DNA from: Octopus sinensis
Taxonomy: Eukaryota
DNA length: 64,000 bases
Direction: 5' to 3'
Assembly (NCBI RefSeq): GCF_006345805.1
Contig: NC_043000.1
Span: 134,044,001 to 134,108,000 of the forward strand
The stretch's first letter is position 1. Every line of letters begins with the position of its first letter. The translations under genes were made by a program, and so were the position numbers. The notes beneath the pieces were generated by a model that was not told where the DNA came from, did no database searches, and saw only the letters and a list, made by a program, of their open reading frames with translations. Shown here piece after piece: positions 36,086 to 49,600 of the stretch.

Positions 36086-39010
36086 CTGCAAAAATGTAAT
36101 GGAAAGAATATTAGTTTACAGACAAGAAAAAAAAAAAAAAATTACACAGTTGATGTTAAATAATGATTATTAGTGAAGCAATTGTTAAATAAAAAATTAA
36201 GTTGTGAAGATACACCACCAATGAGAGCAGAGTGTGGTAGAGTATTATACACATGAAAGGGTTAGTGACTACAAATACAGGTTGTAGGTGTATGTGCATG
36301 TGTGTGGGTGCGAGATTTAAAATCTAAGAAAATAAATGAAACCAATTTATATATGAAAAAAAAAATCTTAAGCAGATTATATATGCTTCATAGAGTATTT
36401 GTAATATAGGATGAGAACAGTGTAAAGGTGAGGAAAAAAAATTAAAATTACTTTCGTTAGATCAGTAAAGCATTTTTAGATTATAGACAAATTCCAGTAG
36501 CTTATTTTTTACTGGAGTAAATACTGAAATTTGGCAAATTGAGTTACCTTCAAATAAAATGAAAAAAAAAAAAAATTTTTTTTTAAATCTGTATGTAACT
36601 GCACACACACCAGAAGCAAACAACTCAGACATATACATTCACATCTTTTTCTTTTCTACAGGCACATGACTGGTTTTAGAATTAATAGTAGTTAGCAAAA
36701 TATATATTTTCGACATGAAGCTACAGTAAGAATTTAGCACATACATGCTGTAACTATTAAACTTTGAGAATTACACTGAAATCATGATTATGAAAACAGT
36801 GGATTCGGACAATACTGTTAAATATCAAAAAAAACAAAACCAAAATATTAAGATTAAGAACTGATTCACAGACAAAATAGGTGGGGATGGGGGGGAATGT
36901 TAAAGAAAACTGAGTAAAATACACAATGTCACTTAAATCATAAGATTGTGTGAGAACAGGGACAACAAGTTGGGTAATGGATTGATTGTAAGGGGTTACA
37001 TGCTTCAAAGGAATCTGATTTAAGAAATCAAATAATTCGAAAGAGAACACAATTAACAACCAAAAGAAATCATTCATTACATAAAATCCATTTGATTTGT
37101 TAACAGAAATGAAACAGATAAAAACAGATATCAACATCAAAATGAGATCAAGTACAAGCATGAATGTGGCCAACAAATATTCTTCCATCTAAGACAGAAA
37201 AACAGCATCTGCCTTGTTCTTTCAGAATTTCATTTCATTTTACTTTCATGGTACCCTCAAGTATCATCGATATTTCTATAACATGCAGCTGATCTCAAAA
37301 TGTTACACTATAATATGCAGTATGTAAAACAGAGGTTAAGGTAGGCAACATGCAAGAGGAATAAAGACTGTTTTATTTAATAATAAATGACGGTTTCAAA
37401 TTTTGGCACAAGGCCAGTAAGTTTTGATAGGAGGGAGCTATTAAATTACATCAACCCCACTACTTGACTGGTACCTATTTTACCGACCCTGAAAGGATGA
37501 AAGGCAAGGTCAACCTCACCAGAATCAGTGCTAAGAATGTAAAGACAAAATACCATAAAGCATATAGTCCAGCATGTTAATGGTTCTGCCAGCTTACCAC
37601 CTTATTTAATCTTTAGCACACTGCAGGTGCATTATGTCACCACATGAGTTTTCTCCCCTGTAGAAACAGGTCAATGGTAGGGGAAACAATTCTAGAGAAA
37701 ATGCAGTGGGCTAAAGGTTAATAATAATAATAATTATTATTATTATTATTTCATATTTTTTCCACAAGGGCAGCTTGGGGGAGGTAAGGATGAGTTGATT
37801 ACATCAATCCCAGTGTTCAACTGGTACTTATTTTATAATAATGATGATGATGATGATGATAATTCATGAAGATTGCTGTAACTCTTCATGAAAGTAAATA
37901 CTAAGACCACATCATCAGTATCATCGTTTAACGTCTGCTTTCCATGCTAGCACGGGTTGGACGATTTGACTGAGGTCTGGCGAACCAGATGGCTGCACCA
38001 CGATATGATATATAATAAATACCAAGTGACTGTTCACCAAATGAACTTGGTACAACTGAAAAATCAATCATCTTATCAAACTACTTGACTTTGATAATTT
38101 ACGAAGACTGACATGACTCTTCATGAAGGTAAGTAAACAGAATCAATCCATATTTATTATATATCATATCACACTCTTCTTATTGCGTAATAATAATTAT
38201 CATCATTATTACTAATTCAGGCACAAAGCCAATAGTTTGGGGAGGAAGGGGATTAGTTGATTACATCAACCCTAGTACATGACAGGTATTTTATTTTATC
38301 AATCAAAGAAGAATGAAAGGTAAAGTTTGTCTTGGCAGGATTTCGACTCAGAATGTAAAGAGCTGGAATAAATACTGAAAATGTTAGAACTGCCAATCCA
38401 CATTTGTTTCTAATATAGATAGAAGGCTTGAAATATAAGAGGGAGGGGAGTTAGATTAAATCATTTCCAGTAATTAAAAAGTACTTTATTTCATTGACCC
38501 TTGGAAGGATGAAAGGCAAACTTGACCTAAGTGGGATTTGAACTCAGAATAATGATCTCTAACTTTTGGCAGAAAACTACATCAGGCATCCGCCACATTA
38601 TTGAAGTGTCACTTGATAAAAATCTGGCTATGGTTTGAAGTTCTGCAGTGTGGAACTCATTTTCATTACTGGCCCCTATGTAACATGACAGTCTATGGGG
38701 AACGAGTTTTGCATCATGGAATTATGGTATGATGATGAAAACTCCAACCATCGAGTCCCCAATTTGCAGATAAGGAAATGGCTTGTAGATATATAGGTTA
38801 GCTGCAAATACTCAATAAGCAGTCCCAGAGAAAATCACGGGTTGACCTTTGGCAAAGTATAGCATCCATTAGTCACCTAGCCAGGGTCACGGCGATATAC
38901 AGAATCCCTGAAAAGAGCAGAAATGCCACTATCATTGGAAAGCAGGATGGTGGCAGGGAATGAAATGCAAAGCATAAAAAAATATATTGTGACTTTTAGA
39001 AGTCTTTTAA

Positions 39011-39230
39011 CCCTTTTGTTACTGTATTTATTTTGAGATTCTCTGTGTTTCTTTCAATTATTTTAAATATAGCAAAGAATTTAGTAAAATAACTTAGTTA
39101 TCATTCAGCTAGTGTTAGGAATATAAATTGTGACTAAGGTTTGATAGAAGATATTAATTCAAAACTTGTGAAAACAAGACATTTGTACTCAGAGCCAGAG
39201 ACAGTTTCAGCCGGGTTGGTAACGAAAGGG
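39011..39230. mobile_element. Second copy of the same TTAA MITE family
   Basis: TTAA|CCCTTTTGTTAC ... GTAACGAAAGGG|TTAA, with an interior collinear with 288-492. Confidence 0.85.
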
Positions 39231-39618
39231 TTAAGTGATATGCCACCTTATGTTTTATCTTTTACTTGTTTCAGTCATTAGACTGTAGCCAGGCCTTGTA
39301 GAATGAATCAACTCTATTCCTTTTTTTTTTTTCTTGAAAGCCTGGTACTTATTTTATTGTTTTTTTTTTGTCAAACTGCTAAGTTACAGGGATGTAAATA
39401 CACCACCACCAGTTGTCAAGCAGTGGCATGGGACAAACACAAACATAGAGACACTTGCCCAAGTTGCAACACAGTGGGAGTGAACCCAGAATGATAGGGT
39501 TGGAAAGCAAACTTCTTACCCCACAGCCACAACTGTGATATGTATGCATACACACACACACACACACACAATTTAATCATATGTACCCCCACTCTTTATT
39601 GTCTGAATTAAATCAATC

Positions 39619-40091
39619 ATGCCAGCGCTGCCTCGACTGGCTCCAGTGCCGGTGGCACAGCACCATCCGAACGTGGCCGTTGCCAGCGCCGCCTCGACTG
39701 GCTTCTATGCCAGTGGCACATAAAAAGCACCATCTGAACGTGGTCGATGCCAGCGCCGCCTCGACTGGTTCCAGTGCCGGTGGCACATAAAAAGCACCAT
39801 CCGAACGTGGCCGATGCCAGCGGCGCCTTGGCTGGCCTCCATGCCGGTGGCACATTAAAAGTACCAACCGATCGTGACCGATACCGGACTCCCCTGGCAC
39901 CTGTGCAGGTGGCACGTAAAAAGCACCCACTACACTCGCGGAGTGGCTGGCGTTAGGAAGGGCATCCAGCTGCAGAAACACTGCCAGATCAGACTGGAGT
40001 CTGGTGCAGCCTCCTGGCTTCCCAGACAGCGGTTGAACCGTCCAACACTTGCTAGCGCGGAAAACGGACGTTAAACGATGATGATGATGAT
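39619..40091 (+). mobile_element. RTE 3' UTR fragment with four ~67-bp internal repeats and a (GAT)n tail
   Basis: Homologous to 3130-3436. Units start at 39619, 39680, 39747 and 39814. Confidence 0.85.
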
Positions 40092-41559
40092 ACTAATAAT
40101 CATCATAAAAGTAGGCCCTTTTTTTTTTTTTTTTAAAACCAAACAGGAATACGATGTAGTCAACTGTTTGAATATTTTGTTACTGTTGGAAGGAAGGCAA
40201 AGTTGACGACTATGCCAAGATTTATAAGGGACTGGAACAAGACTTTTATGCTCTCTTTTACATTGATATTAGTAACACATATGGATTGAACTGACTTCAA
40301 CTAGGAACTAAAAGGCAGGCTAAGTTGTTATTCTATACATTTTATGTTTAAGTGTCTTTTCATGAGTTCTATTATAGCACACTTAAACAAGGAACATTAC
40401 TCTAAAGCTTTAGTTTACATAGTTAAGTAACAGCCACTATCACTTAATAACTGTATAGTTCACAAGAGGGTGGCCATCAAACAGAACACCAACACCAAAA
40501 TTCATGCAAAAGCTATGATTTATGAACCTAGTTAAACCCATGCTACATATGAATAACTAAATGAAAATGTTACACAATAACATATACTGAATTAAGGCCT
40601 TGGGAGTATTAAGTGTCAGGGATTACTAAGGAGTGCAGATTGACTAAAAATTTTTAAAAAGTAGTAGTGGGAGTAGTGTGATAGAAGAGCTAGTTAAACA
40701 CCATGCTATGAAAGCATACTCACCAATGAGGGGGGAGGAATGATCTGAAGAATTTGTGGTGTTTTCAGCAGGACAAGCATTATTACTGCTGCCTGAAAAA
40801 TCCGGGACACAAAAGAAAATAACATTTACTTGTGCAGCCCTAAGTCAGGGCATAACTTAAACACTCAATAATTTATGAACTACCACTACAAAGCAAGAGG
40901 AGAAAAATCTATTGGATTACAAGGGTATGTGTATGGGTTGTTGTGAAAGTGTATGAATGTAAAAATAAGGGATACACAGATAGTGAGGAAAGCTTTAATC
41001 AGAAATAAAAATTAAGGAATAATCAACATCAAATAAATAAGATAAAATACAATTGCCCCTAACGGCCTCTTACTGTTATCCGATTCCCAGACATGAGGAA
41101 TTATCCATTATTACACACTTTTGGTAAATGAAGAGTTGGTCAGGATGTTGGACTCATAATCCTAAGATCACGAGTCTGATTTTTGGATTAAGATGGTAGG
41201 GTGTGTCCTTGAGCAAGGCACTTCATATCATGTTGCTCCAGTTTATTCAGCTGAAAATGAGCACCAACCAAATGCTAGTACTCTCTTCAGCTCTCTTCAG
41301 AGGTGGGATGGTCAAGATGGTACATGATTACATAGCTACTAAAACTAATAATGAAAGAATGATACATACTATCAACTCCACCTTGATACTGAGTGGCAGC
41401 TGTACTTCTTTTCTTTTTCCCTATTTTTCTATTTAAACACATTTGAACTAGTACCTCATTTTGGTTGCTATACTTACAACATTTTGACCACTGTAACCTC
41501 TGGCCTTCTACAGTGGCCAGTTATATTCGGTTATTTTCTCAATATTATTAAATAAACCT

Positions 41560-41670
41560 GCGAAAGGCCCCGGGTTCAATCCCCGGCATCTCCAGAATAT
41601 TTTTCAGTGGTGGTGCCCCAGCATGGCCGCGGCCTTCGGGCTAAAACATTTTTAAGGATTTTAAGGATTT
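41560..41670 (+). mobile_element. tRNA-Ala 3'-half fused to a SINE-type tail
   Basis: gaaaggccccgggttcaatccccggcatctcca matches the eukaryotic tRNA-Ala T-arm and acceptor 3' strand. It is followed by ggtgccccagcatggccgc and (ttaagga)n. Confidence 0.6.
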
Positions 41671-43473
41671 AAACCTTTTGTTTGACCCACAGAAGAAGAA
41701 TATAGTGCATCTTTTAATAAGAATTCTTGTAGAGCAATTACAAGAAAACAAAGTGAATGTAGTTAAGAAGGATACTCTTTTTCGGCTCAAAGAAGGCAAG
41801 GTGCTTACATCTATCTTTTAATGTTGGCTAACATCTATAGATGTACCCCGTATTACATATAACATTAAAAGAAAATACTGTTACTACACTAGTAACTTGT
41901 TAATCAATCTAGTTACTAAGGACATACATATGCAATTAAATCTATTTGATCTACTTAAGTATTTAGTAATGGTGGGTTTACAGGCAGTAGATAGCTGATA
42001 AAGTCACTAATGAAATTCCAACACAGGATTGAAACCAGTCCAGTTGATATTTCTTTTTCTGTCCAGGTAGATATTCTACACAAAGACCAGCTGATTACAT
42101 CTGTCTTTCATGTACAACAATGAATAAAATCTATAAAAGTACTTTGTTTGGTAATAAAAGATTCAGTGACAGACAAGTGTTATTACAATGGCAGCCGGTG
42201 GAATAAAACATTTTTAATAGCATCTTAGCATCTTCACATTAAACAACATTGCTGCCCATGACATAATGAAATTTGAAACTGAACGTCTGACCAATTTTAT
42301 TACGAAGCAGTGGAAAACGACATCTTTCTTCACATACATCGACATGCCCCTCAGAGTTTGAAATTCCATATAACAACAAATGAATTTATCTAAGATGTGA
42401 CGGCACTGTGCAGAAATCCATATAGAAAGACTTTTGACAATACACAAATTTTTTTTAAACAAATGAGCCACCCAAGATATGCATTATCATCAATTCCCAA
42501 CAAGTCTGTGATTAAAGGTGTAACAAGAATCAAATTTACACCATTTCCCTGCTGAAAGTAGGCAGCAGAGAAACAAAAAAAAAACCTGAAAAATATGACC
42601 TTGCAAGAATTATGAAACATATTCTTTGACCTCTCTAAAGTTTATAACAAAATTATTTTCTCTAATATAGAGACATGGAAAGCCGATGAGCAAAAGTTGA
42701 TGACCAGTATTAGACAGGTCTACAGGTGAATGGAAATCTCATAAGAGAGATAACATTGCACATCTGATTGTTCATTCAATGACTAAACCAGCAACAAAAA
42801 GAAGCATATTGTTTGAGGATCTAAATGGAATTGGGTCTCCATCACCTAACTCCCACTAATTAAAGGGATATAACAATACAGATGTTATCATCAAAGAAAA
42901 TCATAAAAAAAAAAGAAACAAAATATTAAGAAATGACAAAAATAATAAGTTCTGGAGAAACCCAAATCATTTATATGTTGATGGGTTTTGTGTTATATAT
43001 CACAGGAGACACAAAGGATGTCAAGTGGAATATTCTTTGTCTTTTCCCTTACAAAAATATTGTACAAATTTATATAATCTTAGGTAATGTTTCTAGTTGC
43101 TAATTTCCAACACTGTCTAAGAATGTGCATTTGTATTTGTATATTATTTATGTAGAAAATTATATTTCTGTCAAAACCTTACACCAATATTTCACAATCA
43201 TGTGACATCTCTAATAAAATTACTATTGCTTTAATTATTTATTTTAATTATTCATTATTTTCTACTATTAAGAAAAAGTAGAAAGTAATAAAAATTATAA
43301 CAATATTTGTTTTTTGGAGATGTGGTTTTGTTTTTTGTTTTTTTTTAAAGAAATGAAGCAGGCTATACATGTATGTTTGATGACAATAATTAAAAATAAC
43401 TATAAAAAGCAGGTATTATTTAATCTTTCTCTCAGATTTTCACATAATTTTTTTTTGTTAATTTATACACAGA

Positions 43474-43550
<77 letters not shown>

Positions 43551-44057
43551 TTTCAGGCTTTTAGTTCACAGTCAACTTATACTTAATTCATAACCATCAG
43601 TTTTTCAAGAGCAGTTCATTTAATCAATCCCAATATTTACTCAAGTTAAACATAACTAAACACTTCAAGATGATAGGAACTAAATACCAAAACAGTAAAG
43701 ATTCATTGGTATTGTTATTGAAAAATTCTATCTCCGTCATTTGAAATTGTTAATATTTTTGTCCTCAGCTCAAAAGAAGACCTTTAAGGTAACACCAAAA
43801 TGAATCTTTCACTAATGAAATAGAATCTGCAAAATTTTATGAAAATTCACACCTACATGTAAAGTGTGTATATTTCTATAGATTACTATTTATAAATTAA
43901 TAATTTAACTAATTGGTTTCTACTTATTAGATTGCACCTCATATTGATGGACTTTCAATTATCAAATAAAATTTCATGTTTTCTTACAAATGCAGCCTGT
44001 ATCAATATAAACTATGCTACATGTTTTAACATTGTTTTTGATTGCTCTTCACTTTAA

Positions 44058-44186
44058 CTTTTAGCACGTTGTAGGTGCATCATGTCACTATACAAGTTTC
44101 CTCCCCTCTCAATGTGACAAAATGTGCCTGCAGCTACAGGGAAGGAAACCCATACAGTTGTAAGATGCATCTAAGCATGCTAAAGG
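44058..44186. mobile_element. Short TTAA-flanked MITE; related copy at ~37610-37717
   Basis: ttaa cttttagca ... tgctaaagg ttaa. Both copies share the internal gtgcatcatgtcac...ctcccct sequence. Confidence 0.55.
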
Positions 44187-45730
44187 TTAATGAGTAGAAT
44201 GCGCAGTGGAATGATGTTTGTTTCAAAACAAAAAAGGCCCACATAAGAACCTAATGTACTTCTCATATCTTTCTACATTTGAAAATCAAAAAGTAGTTCA
44301 AATGGAGAATATAAGAGAATGGAGATGAATGCTGATCCTTTATGATATACATTCACAATTTAAAAGGAGATTTATAATTTTGTAAGAAGAACTTTAAAAA
44401 ATTTGCAAAATATTTTAAGATTTACTGAAGAGGAATATGGTCCAGTTTAAGAAGTAGTGGAGAAAACCTAATACGAAAAAATTTACAAGGAAATATTAAA
44501 ATAAAACATAAATGAGACACAACAGCTGTGAGATTAAACTGCTGGAGTGTTGACCACAAGCTGTGAGTTTAAACTTGACTACGGTTATTGAGTTTTCTCA
44601 ATGGCATAATCTGTATGACAACAAGTAGCAATAATAGTGCAATTAAGAAAATATTGCATTATTACAAGTATAAAGGAAAGCTAATGTAGATAGTGACAGT
44701 AATAGTAAAGATTTCTCACAATGGTCTAAAGGCAGATAATTTTATAAAGATTAAGTTCCCTACAAACCTCTGAATAGTAGAAAACAAAGTATGTAATTAT
44801 CAAATCCTATCTTACATTTCACTCAAGATAAATTTTGCTCTTCTCTGTAATTCTCTTCTGGTTTACAATATGCATTATCTCTAAGATAATCTCTAAACAA
44901 TTTGAAATCTTAAGTCACAGTAGATATTGCGTTCAATAACAACTGATATCAAAACACTTTTTCTGTGGAGAGGGGAGGGGGAGAAAGCATTTACAGTTTA
45001 CTCAGCAAGTTTTTTATAGATGTACAGGAAGACTGTAAGAAAGCCTTTAACATTTTTATAATATTATACCAATATGGTTTTTAATCTTGAATTCAGGTGT
45101 GCATAGACAATACTCACACACAAAAAAAAGGTGCACACGCAAAATTCATACAGAAACTATGTGAAATAATAGAAAGCTGCGATTAGTGTAGATTTGTAGA
45201 TATCTAAAACTGGAAGCAAATAACAGGAAGATCATATGCAGAAAGAGAGTGATATCGATATTTTAAAAGAAAGCTTAAATATTCATATTGCTGTTTTGCA
45301 AAGTGATCAATAAAGCTTTATAGGACTGAAGTCAACAGCTAAGTACACAAAAGTGCTTGCTCTTTTATAAACCATTTTAGTTAAGATGTATCAGAAGTAG
45401 AAAGATTTCTGACAAAAAAATGTCAGTTGAAAGAAATGAGATTGGAAAAGTGACCAGAAGTATAGAAAGAAATATTACATAGGATTTCTGTTATGTGTAG
45501 GAGTCAGTCAAAGAAGTTCAGAAAATCTTAGTAATACATATTATACACAATGCAGAATAAGGAGAAAGAGATCTTGTAATGAGATCAGAAGGATGCAGAA
45601 ACAGATCGGCATGGTTTAGCAATTTCTTTGGATAATATCAATAATACCCAGCAGAGAGCAAGTTGCAGTTTTGTTCCAAGTCAGGCTGTTTTCAAAGAGA
45701 TTACAGAAAATCTCATACATGTATATAATA

Positions 45731-45768
<38 letters not shown>

Positions 45769-46472
45769 TATACATACATACACATATGGTCAGGCAGGCT
45801 CCAAAGAGACTGGAGTTGGTTTTCATCAGGAAGACTTGTATTTAGTAAAAATCAACAAAAAGACTATAATGAGCTTGCTGTAGGGAGTGGAAAATCCAAC
45901 ATTTTCGACAGAGTCAGTGGACAGGAGTAAAATTAAAGATAAAAACCAGAGTTTTACATCCTCTAAGTTGAAAAAATATTTAGAAAAAAACTGGTTGCAA
46001 CAGCTGTGCCTCTACTTTCACTTCTGTCACATTTTTGCTGAAGAAGGATATTATCTGAAACACTGGATTTTCTACTTCTCTTGACAAGTTCACTATAGTC
46101 TTTTTGTCAATTTTACTATGTGTATGCACATATATATATATATATATATATACATATTTGCTTACATACACATCCATATGTATTCACTATGTAAAATTAG
46201 AGCAGCAGTTTGTCCTGTCTTATAACAGAAGCAAGTCAAAAGATGATTATTGTCAGTAGCTATTAAGTTCATTACCATTAAATTCTAAATGTTATTAGTA
46301 GAGAAAAGTCTTAAAAGGAAAAAAGAAGGGTTTTTTTTTCTTAAAAAAATTCAAAAAGTTTTCCTGACTGCCACATAACAAACCTAATCCTTAGGTAATT
46401 AAGATCGTTTGGAAAATTCAATATCTAACAATTATTGCACACCAAGAACATCTATGTCTTATTTTCACATAC

Positions 46473-46658
46473 CGTCCTCAGTTGCCTCAAATTCTTCCTC
46501 ATTGTAGTATCCTATCACCCCTTCATGTGAATGGGCTCGTTCCAATTGCCAAGTTTGTTTCTGGCGTGCAAGATGAGCCATTTGGGTAGCAGAATGGTAG
46601 TCAGGCAAGGGTGGCCGACGCATGTTCGTGTATGTCTGTTGGATGCAGTGACTATAAG
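46473..46658 (-). CDS. RAPGEF2: RAPGEF2/PDZ-GEF homologue, penultimate coding exon (186 nt, phase 1-1)
   Basis: Acceptor ttttcccttctcggcag and donor gtatgt. Translates (A)YSHCIQQTYTNMRRPPLPDYHSATQMAHLARQKQTWQLERAHSHEGVIGYYNEEEFEATED. Confidence 0.85.
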
Positions 46659-49600
46659 CTGCCGAGAAGGGAAAATTATCCAATGTTAAGAACAATCATA
46701 CTTGACAATTAATAGTCAAGGTGGGATGCAGAAAAACAACAATAAACACACACATACTCACAAAGAATCATGCAACCAATCATGCAGTTAGGCAAGCAAT
46801 TTTTTAAATATATGCAAGAAACATGCAGCAGCAGGAAGTGGGGGAGGTTATTACACATGTAAACACTTGTTAGAAGAGTATAACACTTTCTAGTTTAAAT
46901 CTGTTTTTCAAAAACAAAATATAAAAAGAAGAAAAAAAAGAAAAATAGTAAAGAATTGAAATATTTATTAAAAGTACACTTAAAAATGAATCAATCTTTC
47001 TTCAGTCCGACATTTTTATATATAGTAGTTATATAACCACAATCTATAGCCAAAATCAACCCCAGAGGTTGTTTGCACTACAATACTTTCATATCTTCCC
47101 CAACAGCTTTCTACCCCTGCATGTAATCACAGTTACATCTTTGGAGGAAGAAAAAAAGTGCACAACTTGTTTGGTCTAATAAGCAACTCTTACTGCTATA
47201 TGAATTAAAAACTAAGAAATATCCAGCAGTTATTGCCATTTTCGATCCATCAACTGATCAGTGCCAGTAACAATAATCCAAACCCAACCCAGTATAGAAC
47301 AGCAACAAAATATCCAGCAGTTTCTCTCTGACTGATCTAGAGAATTAAAGAATCATTTCAAATGATTTCAGAGATCACACAAATGATATTTTTCATAAAC
47401 TCTGTTCACACAATGTATTGAAAGCTTCCATGTACCAACATACCCACCCACCTCCACCACCAATCTTCTATTCAAAATATCAGAACTTGTGTTTATTAGC
47501 TGTATGATATAAATGGATGAGGTGATTCATAGATTTAAAGCAGTATTACATAACTTTGAAGTTTAAAATGTTGATTTAACAGGAAACGTATACAAAATTA
47601 TTTAAGCAATAAATTTTATGACAAAATCATATCTATTGAAATCGCACAATTTAAAACTATTAAAAGCTAAACTTGTGTTTACAAGTGGTTCTTACTTCAA
47701 TGGAAATTTAACATTTGTAAAAAGCAATCGAGAAAAAAATGGAAAAAAGTTCCTAACAAAATGTGTAAATTGCAAGGAAAACAGAATTGGAAGAAGCTGT
47801 AACCACTATTGAAAGAAAAATTCAAGTAGATTGGATGAATTTGGAGTGAATAATCAGATGACCAAGCAAGATCTTAAATACACCCTGAGAAATATCTTAC
47901 TTATGAAGTAGTTAAAAATGGTCATTTGTGAAGAAATAGCTTGATTGCGGAGAGCTGCAATTTGCATAAAGAGTTGATTCTGTGGCATAAAATGCTCCAG
48001 TTAAAATGGGACTTTAAGATAAATACTTGATTCTAAAAGGATATATCTCTATGTGGTAACTGAGTCGATATTTTCAATGATAACACAACCAACCACAGTT
48101 GCAGAAAAATATAAGAGAGGAAATAATAAGGACACGCAAGAATTGATTACCATTCCAGAAAACCGAATTCTTTCCCTCGTGTTGAAGGACGTCATTACAA
48201 TCAGTTCGATCTCAATATTCTGCATACTGACAACATTGTCCCCCACTCTCCATAATGGAATTGAAGTAGAACTACAAGATGTTTAAGTTCAGTAATCCAT
48301 CGGTCATTGAAGCACCGCTGGAAAATCTGTCCTCATGCCATGAACATATGACAAATTAACTTAATGGAGGTCACATCTCGTCAAGGTAGAGTTGGCTTCA
48401 ACACTGCACATCACCAAAACACTTGCCACTCCCACAATACTTTTGCTGTAGAAACTAATTATTTATGCACACATGTATTTTGGACCATACCACTTGAACA
48501 CAAGTTGTTTTAGCTATGGACACAGCACAGTGATGATATTTAAACTATGACTATCGTCCAGTTTTAACCTTTATATTAAGAATCTATTCATGTTTCTTTT
48601 GTTTTATTTAGAACAATAAATTTCTGAGGTTCACTGACATTTCAAGATCTTCCAGATTTCATTTTGTTTTCCATATTTTATTGTAGACAAGAATCACAGA
48701 AACAATGCCATATGTTATTACAAAATTTTAAATTTTTTATTAGTGACATCAAGCTTCTTCCAGAAAACAGTTGGTTTGTGATGCCTGGTATCAGTTCAAG
48801 TGTGTAATCTATGGGCTGAGATTTTCTTAACGTTTTACAATATAGCTTCTAAGACAACATTTTTGTTAAGAATTCTATATACAATTAAAATTATATCAAG
48901 TGATAAAACAATTATCTAGTTGTGCTTCATGCAGTGAGTTGGAAGGGTTCCTTGTTGTTGATGTATGACTAGCTGGTAAGAAAGAAGCAGAAAATATCTA
49001 CAGTAACAGCTAATCCTTTACAAAGATCAGGTAAGATTCACAATGGAATATTGCACACATATCTGGGGTAGTGCTGATAGTATTATTTACATAAGCATCC
49101 AAGACAAGATCCAAGGAAAGGATGACTGGCATGTCGTCACTGTGGATTATTAGCATATAGTCAAACACCAAAATACTCCAACCTCCAAGCATGTCTCTTC
49201 TTTCTCTCTTTTCTACCATTACTTCAACGGTCAGTTCCCTTCAAAGTTGGCTGGTCGCATATCACCTTCACTCAGACACCCCTAACTCATTCCTCTTTCT
49301 CATACTTACACGGTGTCCACCTCACCCTAGATTTTGTACTAACCACTATCTCCAGTCCTTCTTCCCCAAAATGCTATCCCTCTAGAACTCTCTGCACATG
49401 CCTTTCCAACAATCATTGACTTGCAAATCATATAAGAAGAATTCTGATTGCATCATTTTCTCAGCTCTCAGAAGGCTTGCGAAGGTCGTGGCCATAGCCC
49501 TTTCTCCAGATCAACACATGAAAAATATATACAGATACAAATATCACTTTTGTTTTCCAGGTTGCCATTCATCTACAACATAAAGCCACTACCACATGTA

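Noticed and set aside
36757-37188. 143-aa minus-strand ORF in the last intron
   Set aside because: Hydrophobic bias comes from the U-rich strand, with no recognisable domain or convincing splice context.
38580-38960. Possible old LINE RT fragment
   Set aside because: GC content is slightly raised, but no frame yields a diagnostic motif.
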